Translations under genes and position numbers: made by a program | IMG/VR virus record: IMGVR_UViG_3300010885_044958 | Coordinates: 1-64,000 of that record | DNA: 64,000 nt | DNA from: a virus | Strand: one strand, 5' to 3' | Shown here: piece by piece, positions 39,524 through 49,596 of the stretch | How the letters are laid out: every line of letters starts with the position of its first letter | Numbering within the stretch: the first letter of the stretch is position 1 | The notes under the pieces: generated by a model | What the model saw: only the letters and a program-made list of their open reading frames with translations | Databases searched by the model: none | Told to the model about the DNA's origin: nothing

Positions 39524-40374
39524 AAAAATCTTTGTTTAAAATCTTGGAAATTTAAAATGCGTTTGTATCCAACATCATATCTACGATTATGTAATGCATC
39601 CATCAAAAATGTGCAAATACCATTTTTATTAAGATCTACATAATTCTCCCATCTATCGTCAATAAACCAAGTAAGACCAGATGCCTTTGCAATTTCTACT
39701 TTAGATTCTCCTACACCAACTGTATAAACAGGAACACTGGGAAATCCATTCATTTGCAACCATTCTTTGGTCCATTCATTAGGTATTGATCGGCTGGTAA
39801 TATAGCAGTGGGGTTCAAATCCTAATTCTTTAGGTTCAATTTTCTTAGGTATTGTTAACCAAAATTCTTTATTATCTTTTAATAATTCAAATTTTGCGCC
39901 AATATCTTTATCAAAATTCCAAAATTCTGGAATATCTTGAGAATGATATCTAGTCCAATGTCCAAGCCAATCTGCAATTACTTCATCTATATCAAGACCT
40001 ATTTTGGGTTTCGGTAAAAATGTGTGTAGCCTATCATCTCCTTGCGGATAATATTTGTAGTAAGATATTATACCAAGACAATTCCATGCTGCATGTGCCA
40101 TGTGTAGAAGATTCGTATGATTTTTACATGTTCCCTCTTGACATTCTTTACAATTAGGATCAAAATCATAGTCTTCTCCTTTTTCAAATGCCGCAATATG
40201 CCTTTTTAAAGATGCAAGCATTTTAGACCATTCCATACCTTTAAGCCAGTTGAATGGCGCATATTTCTCAGCTCCTTTACTAAAAACTTTAACAACTTGT
40301 TCTATTGCATATGGTTCAAGTAAATCATACTTTATTTTTTCAGAATTAAATCGCAATGCCTTTTCTTCGCTCAT
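39520..40374 (-). CDS. dATP/dGTP diphosphohydrolase-like domain (DUF5664) fused to a HAD 5'-nucleotidase-like domain
   Basis: R.N..K..YDLL...GAEKY...NW.KG..W.....S..RH...GED.D...H.AHAAWN, followed by GLDIDEV, YITSR and FIDD. Confidence 0.8.
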   Translation of the reverse strand: MSEEKALRFNSEKIKYDLLEPYAIEQVVKVFSKGAEKYAPFNWLKGMEWSKMLASLKRHIAAFEKGEDYDFDPNCKECQEGTCKNHTNLLHMAHAAWNCLGIISYYKYYPQGDDRLHTFLPKPKIGLDIDEVIADWLGHWTRYHSQDIPEFWNFDKDIGAKFELLKDNKEFWLTIPKKIEPKELGFEPHCYITSRSIPNEWTKEWLQMNGFPSVPVYTVGVGESKVEIAKASGLTWFIDDRWENYVDLNKNGICTFLMDALHNRRYDVGYKRILNFQDFKQRFL

Positions 40375-40688
40375 ATCTTTCCAACATATTTATCTTCTGC
40401 TAAATATTCAGTAAACTTACCTAATTTATATTTAATTCTATCTTCAACTGCACCTTCGCCAAACATTTTTGATAAAATCCAAATTCTTATCTGTACGTCT
40501 CCAAGTTCCTCAATTATTGCAGAAACATTTGGTTCTTTTGGTCCGCCTTCCTTCAAAACTTTTTTCATCAAGACCTCGGCAAGTTCTAAACATTCCTCCA
40601 CACATTTTTCAAGATTATATCTTTTAGAATTAGTAGTTAAAATTGTTTCTAATAATACAGTGTTATTTTCATATTCTTTTGTTCTCAT
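40371..40688 (-). CDS. MazG-like nucleotide pyrophosphohydrolase
   Basis: EECLEL...EELGDV acidic metal-binding motifs. Confidence 0.75.
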   Translation of the reverse strand: MRTKEYENNTVLLETILTTNSKRYNLEKCVEECLELAEVLMKKVLKEGGPKEPNVSAIIEELGDVQIRIWILSKMFGEGAVEDRIKYKLGKFTEYLAEDKYVGKI

Positions 40689-40972
40689 ATATTGATTTTA
40701 TTTAATTCATTCTCTAAAATTTCTAGCCCTTCGGCAATTCCCAACGATTCTGCTTCAACTCGTGTCGAACATATATCAATAACTATCCCACATATCTCTA
40801 CTAACCAATCAGTTCCCTCTATAGATGTTATTCCTACATAAATCTCTTTAGAATCTAAGAAATAAATGATTGCAGAATTGCTATATATTTCGGCGCATTC
40901 GTTTTTAATAAAATCCAGTAGTAATAAATAGGATTTTGGGTAATTTTCATGTATTTTGTGTGCATTTACCAT
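40685..40972 (-). CDS. Hypothetical protein
   Basis: 95-aa ORF. Confidence 0.6.
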   Translation of the reverse strand: MVNAHKIHENYPKSYLLLLDFIKNECAEIYSNSAIIYFLDSKEIYVGITSIEGTDWLVEICGIVIDICSTRVEAESLGIAEGLEILENELNKINI

Positions 40973-40983
40973 TCATTTTTAAT

Positions 40984-41985
40984 TTAACTCATTTTCACTA
41001 ATTCTAATACACGATCTCTTATTTCTTGAGTTAATTCTGGGTTATCTTGCATCATTTGTATAAAAACTGGATATTCAAATTTCTCGTCTTTATACGTAAT
41101 AGTTTTGCCCCACTTTTTTAAAATTTCTAAATCGTTTCCAATTCTTATTATCTCGCCTATTTTATCTATGCCTATGCCATATAAAATATCAAATTCACAA
41201 TTTTTAAATGGCGGCGCAACTTTATTTTTAATAACTTTTACTTTAGTAAGATTTCCAAGTATTTCATCACCATTTTTAACTGAATTATCTGATGTAGTAC
41301 TACGTCTAACATCTAATCTAACAGATGCATAGAATTTCAAGGCATTGCCTCCAGGTGTCGTTTCTGGCGAGCCGAACATTACTCCAATTTTCTCGCGTAA
41401 TTGATTAATAAATATTAGTAATGTATTAGTCTTTTTAACAGTTCCTGCAAGTTTTCTACAAGCTTGCCCCATCATTCTTGCCTGCAATCCCATTTTTTGA
41501 GTGCCCATCTCATCTTCTAGTTCAGCTTTTGGAACTAGAGCTGCAACAGAATCTATTAAAACTACATCATAAATACCCGTACTTATTAATTTTTCAGCTA
41601 CTTCAAGACCCTGCTCACCAAATTCTGGCTGATTAATATCTAATCTAGATAAATCTACGCCTAATTTTGCAGCATATTCCATATCAAATGCGTGTTCTGC
41701 ATCTACAATAGCACATAATACATCTGGATCTTTTTGAGCTTCTGCAATTGTATGTATTGCAAGTGTTGTCTTTCCTGATGATTCTGGACCATATATTTCA
41801 ATAATTCTACCTCGTGGTAACCCACCTATACCTAATGCTATATCAAGCCCAAGAGAGCCTGTAGAAATTGATTCTATGTCCATATCACCTCTATCTGACA
41901 GAGACATTACTGTACCTTTACCAAAATCTTTATCCAAAGATGTCTTCACTGCAATACGTGCCTTTGTCTTTTCCTCTAAATTCAT
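40984..41985 (-). CDS. recA: RecA recombinase
   Basis: [67 protein letters not shown]. Confidence 0.97.
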   Translation of the reverse strand: MNLEEKTKARIAVKTSLDKDFGKGTVMSLSDRGDMDIESISTGSLGLDIALGIGGLPRGRIIEIYGPESSGKTTLAIHTIAEAQKDPDVLCAIVDAEHAFDMEYAAKLGVDLSRLDINQPEFGEQGLEVAEKLISTGIYDVVLIDSVAALVPKAELEDEMGTQKMGLQARMMGQACRKLAGTVKKTNTLLIFINQLREKIGVMFGSPETTPGGNALKFYASVRLDVRRSTTSDNSVKNGDEILGNLTKVKVIKNKVAPPFKNCEFDILYGIGIDKIGEIIRIGNDLEILKKWGKTITYKDEKFEYPVFIQMMQDNPELTQEIRDRVLELVKMS

Positions 41986-42046
41986 AATTAAATATTTTAG
42001 ACAAAATTACGAAATTATTTACGCAATTCCATCTAAAATATCATAT

Positions 42047-42190
42047 TTATGTTTGTATTATAGACCTAATTCGTCTAGCCAGCATCTCAGAGTACTTGTC
42101 CAATGCATTTTTTAGATGTACTAATTCTGTTATATTTAATTCTTTTATTTCTTGCATTTCTGGTAAAATTATATTTGGCAATTCATCCAT
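42047..42190 (-). CDS. Small hypothetical protein (MDELPNIILPE...)
   Basis: ATG at 42190 within the listed 66-aa ORF. Confidence 0.4.
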   Translation of the reverse strand: MDELPNIILPEMQEIKELNITELVHLKNALDKYSEMLARRIRSIIQT

Positions 42191-42205
42191 ATTGTTGTAT
42201 TTTTG
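42174..42205 (+). promoter_or_regulatory. Bacteroidota-type promoter
   Basis: TTTG 42174-42177, 20-nt spacer, TATTTTTG 42198-42205. Confidence 0.65.
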
Positions 42206-42222
42206 TAATAAATAATTATTGT

Positions 42223-42495
42223 ATGAAAAAAATAAAGCAAGTACCATTTTTTCAGGCAGACCAAATCTTTGAAATCACGGCAGATGAAATGGAAACTATA
42301 TTGACAGTTCTAAATAAACTACCTAAGCAGATCTATTTCATGGAACACCTCATAAGTCGTTTCATTGATTTAGGTCAGATAGAAATCGCTTATCAAGATC
42401 AATATGGAAATCCAGCTACTCAAAAAGATCTAATAGATTATTTAAAATCTTCTTTAGATTCTATTAGTGAAGAAAGTATTGAGCCTGAGATATAA
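42223..42495 (+). CDS. Hypothetical protein (lone + strand gene in the - block)
   Basis: MKKIKQVPFFQADQIFEI..., with a promoter upstream and a terminator downstream. Confidence 0.65.
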   Translation: MKKIKQVPFFQADQIFEITADEMETILTVLNKLPKQIYFMEHLISRFIDLGQIEIAYQDQYGNPATQKDLIDYLKSSLDSISEESIEPEI

Positions 42496-42545
42496 AAAAA
42501 AAGGGATGCACTTGTTATAAATGCATCCCGATTTTTATTTTTTTT
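42495..42545. terminator. Bidirectional intrinsic terminator
   Basis: A-run, GGGATGCA...TGCATCCC stem, T-rich run, located between convergent genes. Confidence 0.8.
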
Positions 42546-43299
42546 ACAGAGGCAAATCTCCATCTGATATATCTATTTCATTTTCAATTATTTCCTGTTC
42601 AGCCAAGTCTCTTTCTAGCTCTACTTGATCTGCATTATCTAAAGTTATATTTGGAACCATTGTAATACTTGGTTGTGGTGGAATAGTCCAGGTATAGAGA
42701 TCATTTAATTCCTGTCGTAAACTATTAGCAGTAAAACCACCTGTGCTATATGTCAATGGTCTACTTGGTTCATCAAAACCAGAAACTTCTCTACCTCTAG
42801 CATCTAAAACAACTCTACGACCACCACCACCTCTTGTATTTCTCCTAGGCATTTCTGTTTCTACTTTAAATTTTGCAAGTTTTGCACGATATTGCAATTT
42901 AAATTTTGAAAATTCCTTTTCCATATTTGCTCTAAGAAACCAATTACCTTCTTCAAATTCAAATAAATCTGGATTTTCTTCTATATTTAAAATGCCAAAC
43001 TTTTTTTCAAAATCTGTCTGTGCAAATGTACTTACTATTTCTTCAAGGTCTACCTTATTAGATTTTTCTTCGGAACTGCGCAATTTCCAACCTTTATCTT
43101 CTTTTACTTCAGTTTCAAAGAATGTGTTAACTTGTATATCTTCAAATTTATTATTGGTTATTTCATTAATAGTTTTGTAGATATCATTATGTGCTTTATT
43201 TCGTGCATCTTCTTGTTCATATCCTTTTTCTAACATAGATTTAGGATATTTAAACTCTTTTGTTAGTCTTACTTTATAAAATATTTTTCCTTTTTCCAT
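42544..43299 (-). CDS. Hypothetical protein
   Basis: 251-aa ORF with an acidic tail. Confidence 0.65.
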   Translation of the reverse strand: MEKGKIFYKVRLTKEFKYPKSMLEKGYEQEDARNKAHNDIYKTINEITNNKFEDIQVNTFFETEVKEDKGWKLRSSEEKSNKVDLEEIVSTFAQTDFEKKFGILNIEENPDLFEFEEGNWFLRANMEKEFSKFKLQYRAKLAKFKVETEMPRRNTRGGGGRRVVLDARGREVSGFDEPSRPLTYSTGGFTANSLRQELNDLYTWTIPPQPSITMVPNITLDNADQVELERDLAEQEIIENEIDISDGDLPL

Positions 43300-43301
43300 A
43301 A

Positions 43302-44000
43302 TTATTCTGATCTAAATTTAATAATGTTTTTATAATGTTTTTTATATAAGTCGTCATACCTCAATTTATCTGCCTTTGCATCAAATTTTACAAAAATCCG
43401 CGCAATTTCTTCCATACATAAGAAATCAGCTAGTTCTCTTATATTTATTACATCTTGTTCTTTTCTATCTATTTTACCTATTGCAAGAAGACCATATTTT
43501 TTTAGTTCGTCTTCACCTTGAATAATTTCACCTGTTTCATCTAGTACTTTTACTCTGATTTCAGTAATTTTTATTTTTGGTTCAGCATCAGAAAAATCAG
43601 TTCGCAATTCATACTTTATATCCCCACCATTGTAATCAAAGCTTAAATTTGGGTCCATTATATCACTTTCGTTATACCTGATCCCTATAAATTTTGATAA
43701 TGCATCCTTTAAATTAGCATAAGAATATCCTGAAGTGCCATTTACAAGAAAAATTTGACCGTTCAATAAAAACTGTCTATCTTTACCATACATAGATATT
43801 TCTACAGCTCCCATATCTAATACTTTCTGAGCTTCATCTATTGGTTTATCTTCTTTTGGTATTGGTACTGCCTTTTTATTAGATTTTTTTGTAGCTGGGG
43901 CAAATTGTCCACCGTATGCTTCACCATACGTTAATGGTGTTTGCCTTAAATATTCCCAACTCATCCCCCCGTCACTCCTTCTTATATTTTCTCCTGGCAT
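43302..44000 (-). CDS. Hypothetical protein
   Basis: 232-aa ORF. Confidence 0.65.
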   Translation of the reverse strand: MPGENIRRSDGGMSWEYLRQTPLTYGEAYGGQFAPATKKSNKKAVPIPKEDKPIDEAQKVLDMGAVEISMYGKDRQFLLNGQIFLVNGTSGYSYANLKDALSKFIGIRYNESDIMDPNLSFDYNGGDIKYELRTDFSDAEPKIKITEIRVKVLDETGEIIQGEDELKKYGLLAIGKIDRKEQDVINIRELADFLCMEEIARIFVKFDAKADKLRYDDLYKKHYKNIIKFRSE

Positions 44001-44431
44001 AATATATTATTTTTAAATCTATAATTTAATTCTTCTAAAAATATTAGATGTTTTATTTTCCAAGCATCTGAAATTTTTTGGTCTTTTTGCATTTTCTCTG
44101 TAAAATATTTAAGAATTGCAATAATGTGATCTGTAGATAAGTCTTTAAGTAAAATCCATTCTGTTGTAGGTAATCTATTGTTATCCGCATCATAATTTTT
44201 CCCCCATTTAAAGTCCAAACGTATATCTCCTATTATTTCACTTATTTCTGATTCTTTTGGTTTACTGCCACTGTATCTACAATATTCTTCTGGTAGTGAC
44301 GATCCGCCCCCATCAAACATGAAGAACTCTCCAGACGCAGTTGTATGTGTTTTATAGTCATGACCAAACCAGCTAAATAGCTTTATACCATCAGATGTCT
44401 CAACATATTGTATTTTCATAGAACCTCCCAT
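43982..44431 (-). CDS. Hypothetical phage protein
   Basis: HD...DGG...Y.R motif and WG...LKDL..DHI.AI. Confidence 0.6.
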   Translation of the reverse strand: MGGSMKIQYVETSDGIKLFSWFGHDYKTHTTASGEFFMFDGGGSSLPEEYCRYSGSKPKESEISEIIGDIRLDFKWGKNYDADNNRLPTTEWILLKDLSTDHIIAILKYFTEKMQKDQKISDAWKIKHLIFLEELNYRFKNNILCQEKI

Positions 44432-44664
44432 TTATATGTACTATTCAAGGTCTTAAACGTATTTGTTTCTGGAAATACTTCTGTTACTTCTGATGTAATT
44501 AACCAGTTTTCTACAGTTTGTCCTCTTACTATAAAACTTTGACCTACGACAGGTTCACTTTTTACATCCCCGGTTACATTATAACCTTTATAAATTCCCT
44601 TCGGATGATTACCTTCAAATTTATCATCACTTATTTTTGTTAATTGAACTTTCATATATTTCAT
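44416..44664 (-). CDS. Hypothetical phage protein
   Basis: 82 aa. HP.GI...P.VG..F...TS.V...FKTLNSTY. Confidence 0.6.
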   Translation of the reverse strand: MKYMKVQLTKISDDKFEGNHPKGIYKGYNVTGDVKSEPVVGQSFIVRGQTVENWLITSEVTEVFPETNTFKTLNSTYKWEVL

Positions 44665-44914
44665 TTATTTTAGATTCTATTCCACCTTCAATAATTCTAT
44701 TTAATTTTTCAAAACCAAGCGCATATAAATTAGTATAAAATCTTGTCGAACCAAATTTTAATTTTATTTGCATATACTTAAAACCTTCAATTTTAATTAA
44801 TTCAGGAAAAATAGAATCTAGATATTTCGTGACTTTTTCTTCTCTTATATCTAATCCATAATGCCCTTCTTCTAGATATTCCTTGTATTTTTCATTAAAT
44901 TGTGCAGTTGTCAT
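44627..44914 (-). CDS. Hypothetical phage protein
   Basis: QIK.KFG..RFY motif. Confidence 0.6.
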   Translation of the reverse strand: MTTAQFNEKYKEYLEEGHYGLDIREEKVTKYLDSIFPELIKIEGFKYMQIKLKFGSTRFYTNLYALGFEKLNRIIEGGIESKINEIYESSINKNK

Positions 44915-44924
44915 ATACTAATTT

Positions 44925-45722
44925 TTAATCACGGTAGTTAAATAGCTCGTGTTTTTTATGTGCGCGATCGTAGATCTCTTCCCAAGTATCCATTTCTTTT
45001 CTAAATTCATCTAATTCTTTTAGATTTATTATCTCACCCTTATCATTTTTTGGCGCAAAATGCTTTGCAATTAAATCTTTTCTATACGCAGATTTATGTA
45101 TTACTCCCCACATAAGACTTTCTGTTTCTGGTTTTCCTGGGCCATTTGCAGTTTTTTGTGGAAATAATATCTTATACTCTTTAGAAAATTTAAAATACCT
45201 CCCTGCTTTAAAATGATAATAATCTTCTTTCCATTTTTCAGCAGTTTCAAATACTAGCATTACTAGATTCTTATCGTCTTGTCTACCTAAGTCATAATCC
45301 ATTTTAAATCCAGGAATTGCCCAAAGAAATTTTATAACTTCTTTATAATCTTTATCAGAGAAATCCTTTACTGATAAAAGCACAAATATTGGTCTAGTAT
45401 AATCATGATCATAATCTACATCATCTAAATATGCATTTTTAAAAAATTTTTTAAACTGCGCATTTCTTAAATTCAACCCTAACATTGGTAAAAGAAAAAG
45501 AGCCGTCTTAGTGAACGGCCCATTATATATGGATTCTTCTGCGCGAAATTCTTCCTGTATTACTTTATCTGCTTCTGGTGTTTTAATCATTTTTACATTT
45601 GGTTTAACTATAGCACTAAGATCACTTTTAACCTTTAATACTATACTATGTTTTTTAAAATCATTTGTCCATCTTTGTTGTACTCTGCCATCTCGTACAA
45701 AATGCTCTAATAGCCATTCCAT
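44925..45722 (-). CDS. Hypothetical protein
   Basis: 265-aa ORF downstream of the exonuclease. Confidence 0.65.
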   Translation of the reverse strand: MEWLLEHFVRDGRVQQRWTNDFKKHSIVLKVKSDLSAIVKPNVKMIKTPEADKVIQEEFRAEESIYNGPFTKTALFLLPMLGLNLRNAQFKKFFKNAYLDDVDYDHDYTRPIFVLLSVKDFSDKDYKEVIKFLWAIPGFKMDYDLGRQDDKNLVMLVFETAEKWKEDYYHFKAGRYFKFSKEYKILFPQKTANGPGKPETESLMWGVIHKSAYRKDLIAKHFAPKNDKGEIINLKELDEFRKEMDTWEEIYDRAHKKHELFNYRD

Positions 45723-45725
45723 TTA

Positions 45726-46901
45726 TTAATTATTTATTAAGTTTAATTGTATAATCCCGTTTTCTAACATTTCTCTGCATTCTGAAAAATCGTTTTTGCA
45801 AATATGCCACGCAATTTCGTCTAGCAACTGATTCCAACCCTTTTTAATTCTAAACTGATGATGTTTACCAAATGCGCCTTCTAGAAATTTTTCATTACCA
45901 TATCGTGCATTATATAAATCTCTTTCTGAATAAGAATATATGCAGGGTGTTTTATCAACTATGTCGATTGCAATATTAATTGGTGGTAATTGTTTATAGT
46001 CTTTTAGATAATAAAAATTTGCATCCTGCTCAATTAATTTTGAAATAAGGTATTGGTAAAAACTCAATTGCATATCATAATTGAACTTATATATATTGTT
46101 TTTGAATTCATGTGTTGAGAACGTTTTCTTAAAATCTACTATTTGATATGTTTTATTCTTGTGGTCAACTCTAAATATATCTAATGCACCTTTAATTGGG
46201 ATTTTTCTGATTTCTGGTTCACGAATTTCATGCCAAGCTATTGGGTCTTCAAATTCTACCTCATAATCATACTCAGCAAAAATTTCTAATTGAAAATGCA
46301 ATTCATTATCAGGAGATTCTACTAGATAATCACGAGTATGCTTGTTTGCCTTAAGGATTTCTATCAGTTCTATTGCTTGCATATTTAAACTAGACGAGAT
46401 TATCTTACGATGATTTGCCTCAGCTAAAATTGAGAAATACGCATTTCCACGTTCTATTATTTTATTTACTCTAGTATCATCTTTCCATCCAGATTGCCAT
46501 TTTTCAGTATTACAGCAAGATAATAAAATATCCCAGTTTTCTGCCAAATCAATTTTTAAAAATTCTGGCTCTTCTGGCAATACTTCATTTAATTCTTTTA
46601 AGGAATTGTTATATTCAATAATCTGATTATAGGTACATTCAATGATTTTGCACTCAGTCTCGCTAGGAATTTTTTCCATATTAGCTATATAGAATCTCTC
46701 TTCTAACTTATCTGGGCATGTTATCAATGTATCCAAAATTTCTCCAAGCAAAAACGCCGGGTTCTCATTTTCATCATCTTCAATATTTTCTACATATTTT
46801 CTGTACCACTTTTTGGGGGAAAAATTGCGCCATGCCTTTATAGAACTTTGACTTATACAAAACCCTCTACCACCACCATTCTTATAATCCGCTGTTTGCA
46901 T
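45726..46901 (-). CDS. PD-(D/E)XK exonuclease (RecE/Cas4-like)
   Basis: ISQS.IK, G...D, KGALD...VDH....IVDFKK, Y..QL.FY. Confidence 0.8.
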   Translation of the reverse strand: MQTADYKNGGGRGFCISQSSIKAWRNFSPKKWYRKYVENIEDDENENPAFLLGEILDTLITCPDKLEERFYIANMEKIPSETECKIIECTYNQIIEYNNSLKELNEVLPEEPEFLKIDLAENWDILLSCCNTEKWQSGWKDDTRVNKIIERGNAYFSILAEANHRKIISSSLNMQAIELIEILKANKHTRDYLVESPDNELHFQLEIFAEYDYEVEFEDPIAWHEIREPEIRKIPIKGALDIFRVDHKNKTYQIVDFKKTFSTHEFKNNIYKFNYDMQLSFYQYLISKLIEQDANFYYLKDYKQLPPINIAIDIVDKTPCIYSYSERDLYNARYGNEKFLEGAFGKHHQFRIKKGWNQLLDEIAWHICKNDFSECREMLENGIIQLNLINN

Positions 46902-47127
46902 ACTTTCTTATTAATTTAAATATTTCTCCTATGTCTGTAAATTGCATTTCTTGCCCAAATTTTATTGGTAAAAACGCTATAGTAAATCCATGTTCTCCAT
47001 GAAATTTTTCTGCGACTTTTTTGCCATTTATTGTATCTAGATATAACCAGGGAAAATTGCCAAAATATTCGGTTTCAATTCCTAATTTCTTTAGTCTATT
47101 TCTAAATATTGTTAATTTGTCATACAT
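46882..47127 (-). CDS. Hypothetical phage protein
   Basis: 81 aa. GNFPW.YL..ING..V.E.F...HGFT. Confidence 0.6.
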   Translation of the reverse strand: MYDKLTIFRNRLKKLGIETEYFGNFPWLYLDTINGKKVAEKFHGEHGFTIAFLPIKFGQEMQFTDIGEIFKLIRKYANSGL

Positions 47128-47128
47128 A

Positions 47129-47284
47129 TTAATAGTCTTCTTCTAATTTATACAAAACATCTTCTAAAAATCCTAAAAATGCATTATCAGCTTTCCACCA
47201 ATATTCATCATTATATCTAATATCTTTTGTATTTTCTTTTAAATAAAATATTTGATCTTTAATCATTTGTATTGCTTCATCCAT
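47129..47284 (-). CDS. Small hypothetical protein (51 aa, not in ORF track)
   Basis: MDEAIQMIKDQIFYLKENTKDIRYNDEYWWKADNAFLGFLEDVLYKLEEDY exactly fills the gap between neighbouring genes. Confidence 0.55.
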   Translation of the reverse strand: MDEAIQMIKDQIFYLKENTKDIRYNDEYWWKADNAFLGFLEDVLYKLEEDY

Positions 47285-47285
47285 A

Positions 47286-47714
47286 TTATTTCATTTTTGA
47301 TCTATAGTAATGGGCACGTATATTATCGTTATATGAATCTTCTCTTAATATTGCATCTTCACAAAATAAGATTTTTTCTTCAGTATAATTTAATTGCATT
47401 TTTGAAGTGCAAAAAACTAAAATTTCTTTTTTAATATTTGCTCCATTTTTAATATCTTCATTGAGTGTAGCATTGCTGCCAGTGTAATCTAACCAATTAG
47501 ACTCTTTAACAACAATTTTATTTTTTTTGCGTCTATTGTTAGTGGCTTCTTGCTCTTTAAGAGAAATTTTAGTCTTTCTATGTGTATGTAATATCTTACG
47601 CCCCCAATATTTCTTATCATTGTCTAAATTAATTATTAAGTACACGAATCCCACAGAATTTTCTGGGCATTTTGCAATATCATCCACTATCTGACCTCTA
47701 TAAATCCAACTCAT
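47286..47714 (-). CDS. GIY-YIG-like nuclease domain protein
   Basis: GFVYLI.N......YWGRK...ESNW..Y.GS...KEIL...E...YN. Start set at MSWIY, downstream of the promoter. Confidence 0.7.
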   Translation of the reverse strand: MSWIYRGQIVDDIAKCPENSVGFVYLIINLDNDKKYWGRKILHTHRKTKISLKEQEATNNRRKKNKIVVKESNWLDYTGSNATLNEDIKNGANIKKEILVFCTSKMQLNYTEEKILFCEDAILREDSYNDNIRAHYYRSKMK

Positions 47715-47719
47715 AGGTG

Positions 47720-47751
47720 CAAAGATATAAAAAAAGAAAGTCTTAAACAAA
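47720..47751 (-). promoter_or_regulatory. Bacteroidota-type promoter
   Basis: Minus strand TTTG (47748-47751), 20-nt spacer, TATCTTTG (47720-47727). Confidence 0.75.
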
Positions 47752-47806
47752 TATTACTTTATCTAAGACTCTCTTATCAAACAACACACTCAATCACAAA
47801 CGACTT

Positions 47807-48040
47807 TTAAGATATTTCATTTTTATTTTTAGCTAGCCATTTATCTAATCTTTGACCATCTCCTTCCCATATTTCTTCTTCTTCATCATATCCCCAAGCA
47901 TAAATCCATAATTTATCTGGATTTTCAAGAGCCATTAATTTTCTGGTGTCTCTTTTGCACATAACATTTTGTCTATGCCGTGCAATAATTTTTCCAGACT
48001 TATCTTTTATATCATATTCTACTACATTTGCACTTGTCAT
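47807..48040 (-). CDS. Hypothetical protein
   Basis: 77-aa ORF. Confidence 0.55.
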   Translation of the reverse strand: MTSANVVEYDIKDKSGKIIARHRQNVMCKRDTRKLMALENPDKLWIYAWGYDEEEEIWEGDGQRLDKWLAKNKNEIS

Positions 48041-48051
48041 ATTTTAATTTT

Positions 48052-49596
48052 TTAATCTCTAAACAATGCCTTTCCGTCAAATTGGAATTTATACGTGAGG
48101 TCATCTTTAAGACACCATTCAGATACTTTATCTCCATTTTCAATATCCTTAGCAAATCTATTTTTACGCTCTGTATAATACGCGATCAAATAATCTGAAA
48201 GAAACATTGCGTCTTTACTACTCTTATAATGCGTTTTATAAAAATTTAACACATCAATAAAACTAATTGTGTCTCCACATATAATCTTTTTTATGTTGTT
48301 TTCAGCAAACGCAATTACAGCACGATTCATAAACAACCAATTAACTGCTCTCTGACTATTCAAAGTTGCATCATGCAGTCTGGATTCGCAAGTACCGCTT
48401 GGAGAAAATAACATGTTGATAAAATTCCAATCATAATATCTACAACTTCTTTGCCATTTCTCCCTAATTGGATGCCTCATTTGTGTTCTATTTACTTCTT
48501 GATCCGCATGATGTCCCTCACTTAAAAACTCAAATATTCTATTATAAACCACATCTACAAATTGATCATACCCTTCTTTAGACTGATCTTTAAGTGAGTA
48601 AATAGACATTTTTTTGAGCTTTTGACAATAGTTTTTGCGTTTGATTCCACGATGATCTAGCTTATAATATGGAAACATCTTGAATATATCATCTTGAATT
48701 TGATAACATAACATATACAACGCAACCAGATAAACTCTTTCTTTAGGTAGATTTCCAAGATGAATGTGATAAGAACACCTTATATCTATTTGATTCCTCT
48801 TTTGCAATTCCTTACAAGTGTTTATTATATTCTGAATACCTTTTGCGCCTTCCATTGGAACAGTTACGTACTCAGGTCCACCTTCAAGACTACCATCTCT
48901 ACAAATTACTAGTCCAAGACGATTTTGTAAATAATCAGGCATACTGCCAACAGAAGCTTCAAACTCACACCCAAAACTTGTATTGCCTAAAAACTTTGCA
49001 TACTTTTTTGCATCATCCCCTATTTTCAGTCCATAATTCTTATACAATTCTTTCTTTTGTTCAAATTCCTTTGCATTATCTTCTATGTTATATCCTTTGT
49101 TAGTATAAGATTTGCTTGGACGAATTTTTTCCATTTGATTCTTATCGCCCTTACCAACTTCTCCTGTTTTATAAAATACATTTGCAGAAACGTCTTCAAA
49201 GAAATGCATTTTCAAAATTTCTGGATTCAGTGCAGTATAATTAGAATTTTTCCAGACAACTGGGCAATTATTGTATTCATTTTTAGTGAACCTACCTGTT
49301 ATAACATTGCCAGAAAAATCTACATCAACAATACCATTAATCATTTTCTTAGTATCCTTAATAAACCATTCTCCAGTTTCCCAATCTTTTTCTATTTTAC
49401 CAGAAGTAGTTCTATACCATTTTTGTTCAGATTCAATATAGAATATATCTGTAAAAACACTGTAATACTTGCCTTTAACAAATTTTGTATTCTTTCTATA
49501 TTCTGTTTTTCCATCGTGCGTCTCTACAACAGGAAAACCCAATGAAGGGTTCTCCGTGTAGGACTGTATTGTTGTTATTAATTTTTTTTGTATCAT
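48052..49596 (-). CDS. Putative amidoligase (glutamine synthetase-like COOH-NH2 ligase fold)
   Basis: FGCEFE, DGSL, EYVT.P, C..HIH, RY...N, T.E.R.H.AT. Confidence 0.85.
   Translation of the reverse strand: MIQKKLITTIQSYTENPSLGFPVVETHDGKTEYRKNTKFVKGKYYSVFTDIFYIESEQKWYRTTSGKIEKDWETGEWFIKDTKKMINGIVDVDFSGNVITGRFTKNEYNNCPVVWKNSNYTALNPEILKMHFFEDVSANVFYKTGEVGKGDKNQMEKIRPSKSYTNKGYNIEDNAKEFEQKKELYKNYGLKIGDDAKKYAKFLGNTSFGCEFEASVGSMPDYLQNRLGLVICRDGSLEGGPEYVTVPMEGAKGIQNIINTCKELQKRNQIDIRCSYHIHLGNLPKERVYLVALYMLCYQIQDDIFKMFPYYKLDHRGIKRKNYCQKLKKMSIYSLKDQSKEGYDQFVDVVYNRIFEFLSEGHHADQEVNRTQMRHPIREKWQRSCRYYDWNFINMLFSPSGTCESRLHDATLNSQRAVNWLFMNRAVIAFAENNIKKIICGDTISFIDVLNFYKTHYKSSKDAMFLSDYLIAYYTERKNRFAKDIENGDKVSEWCLKDDLTYKFQFDGKALFRD

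Noticed and set aside
39520-40688. Z-genome (2-aminoadenine) pathway
   Set aside because: No PurZ-like or DatZ HD-domain gene is in the window, and DUF5664 plus MazG alone is insufficient.
45726-46901. Cas4 as part of a CRISPR system
   Set aside because: No Fe-S Cys cluster pattern, array or other cas genes. It fits a phage recombination exonuclease.
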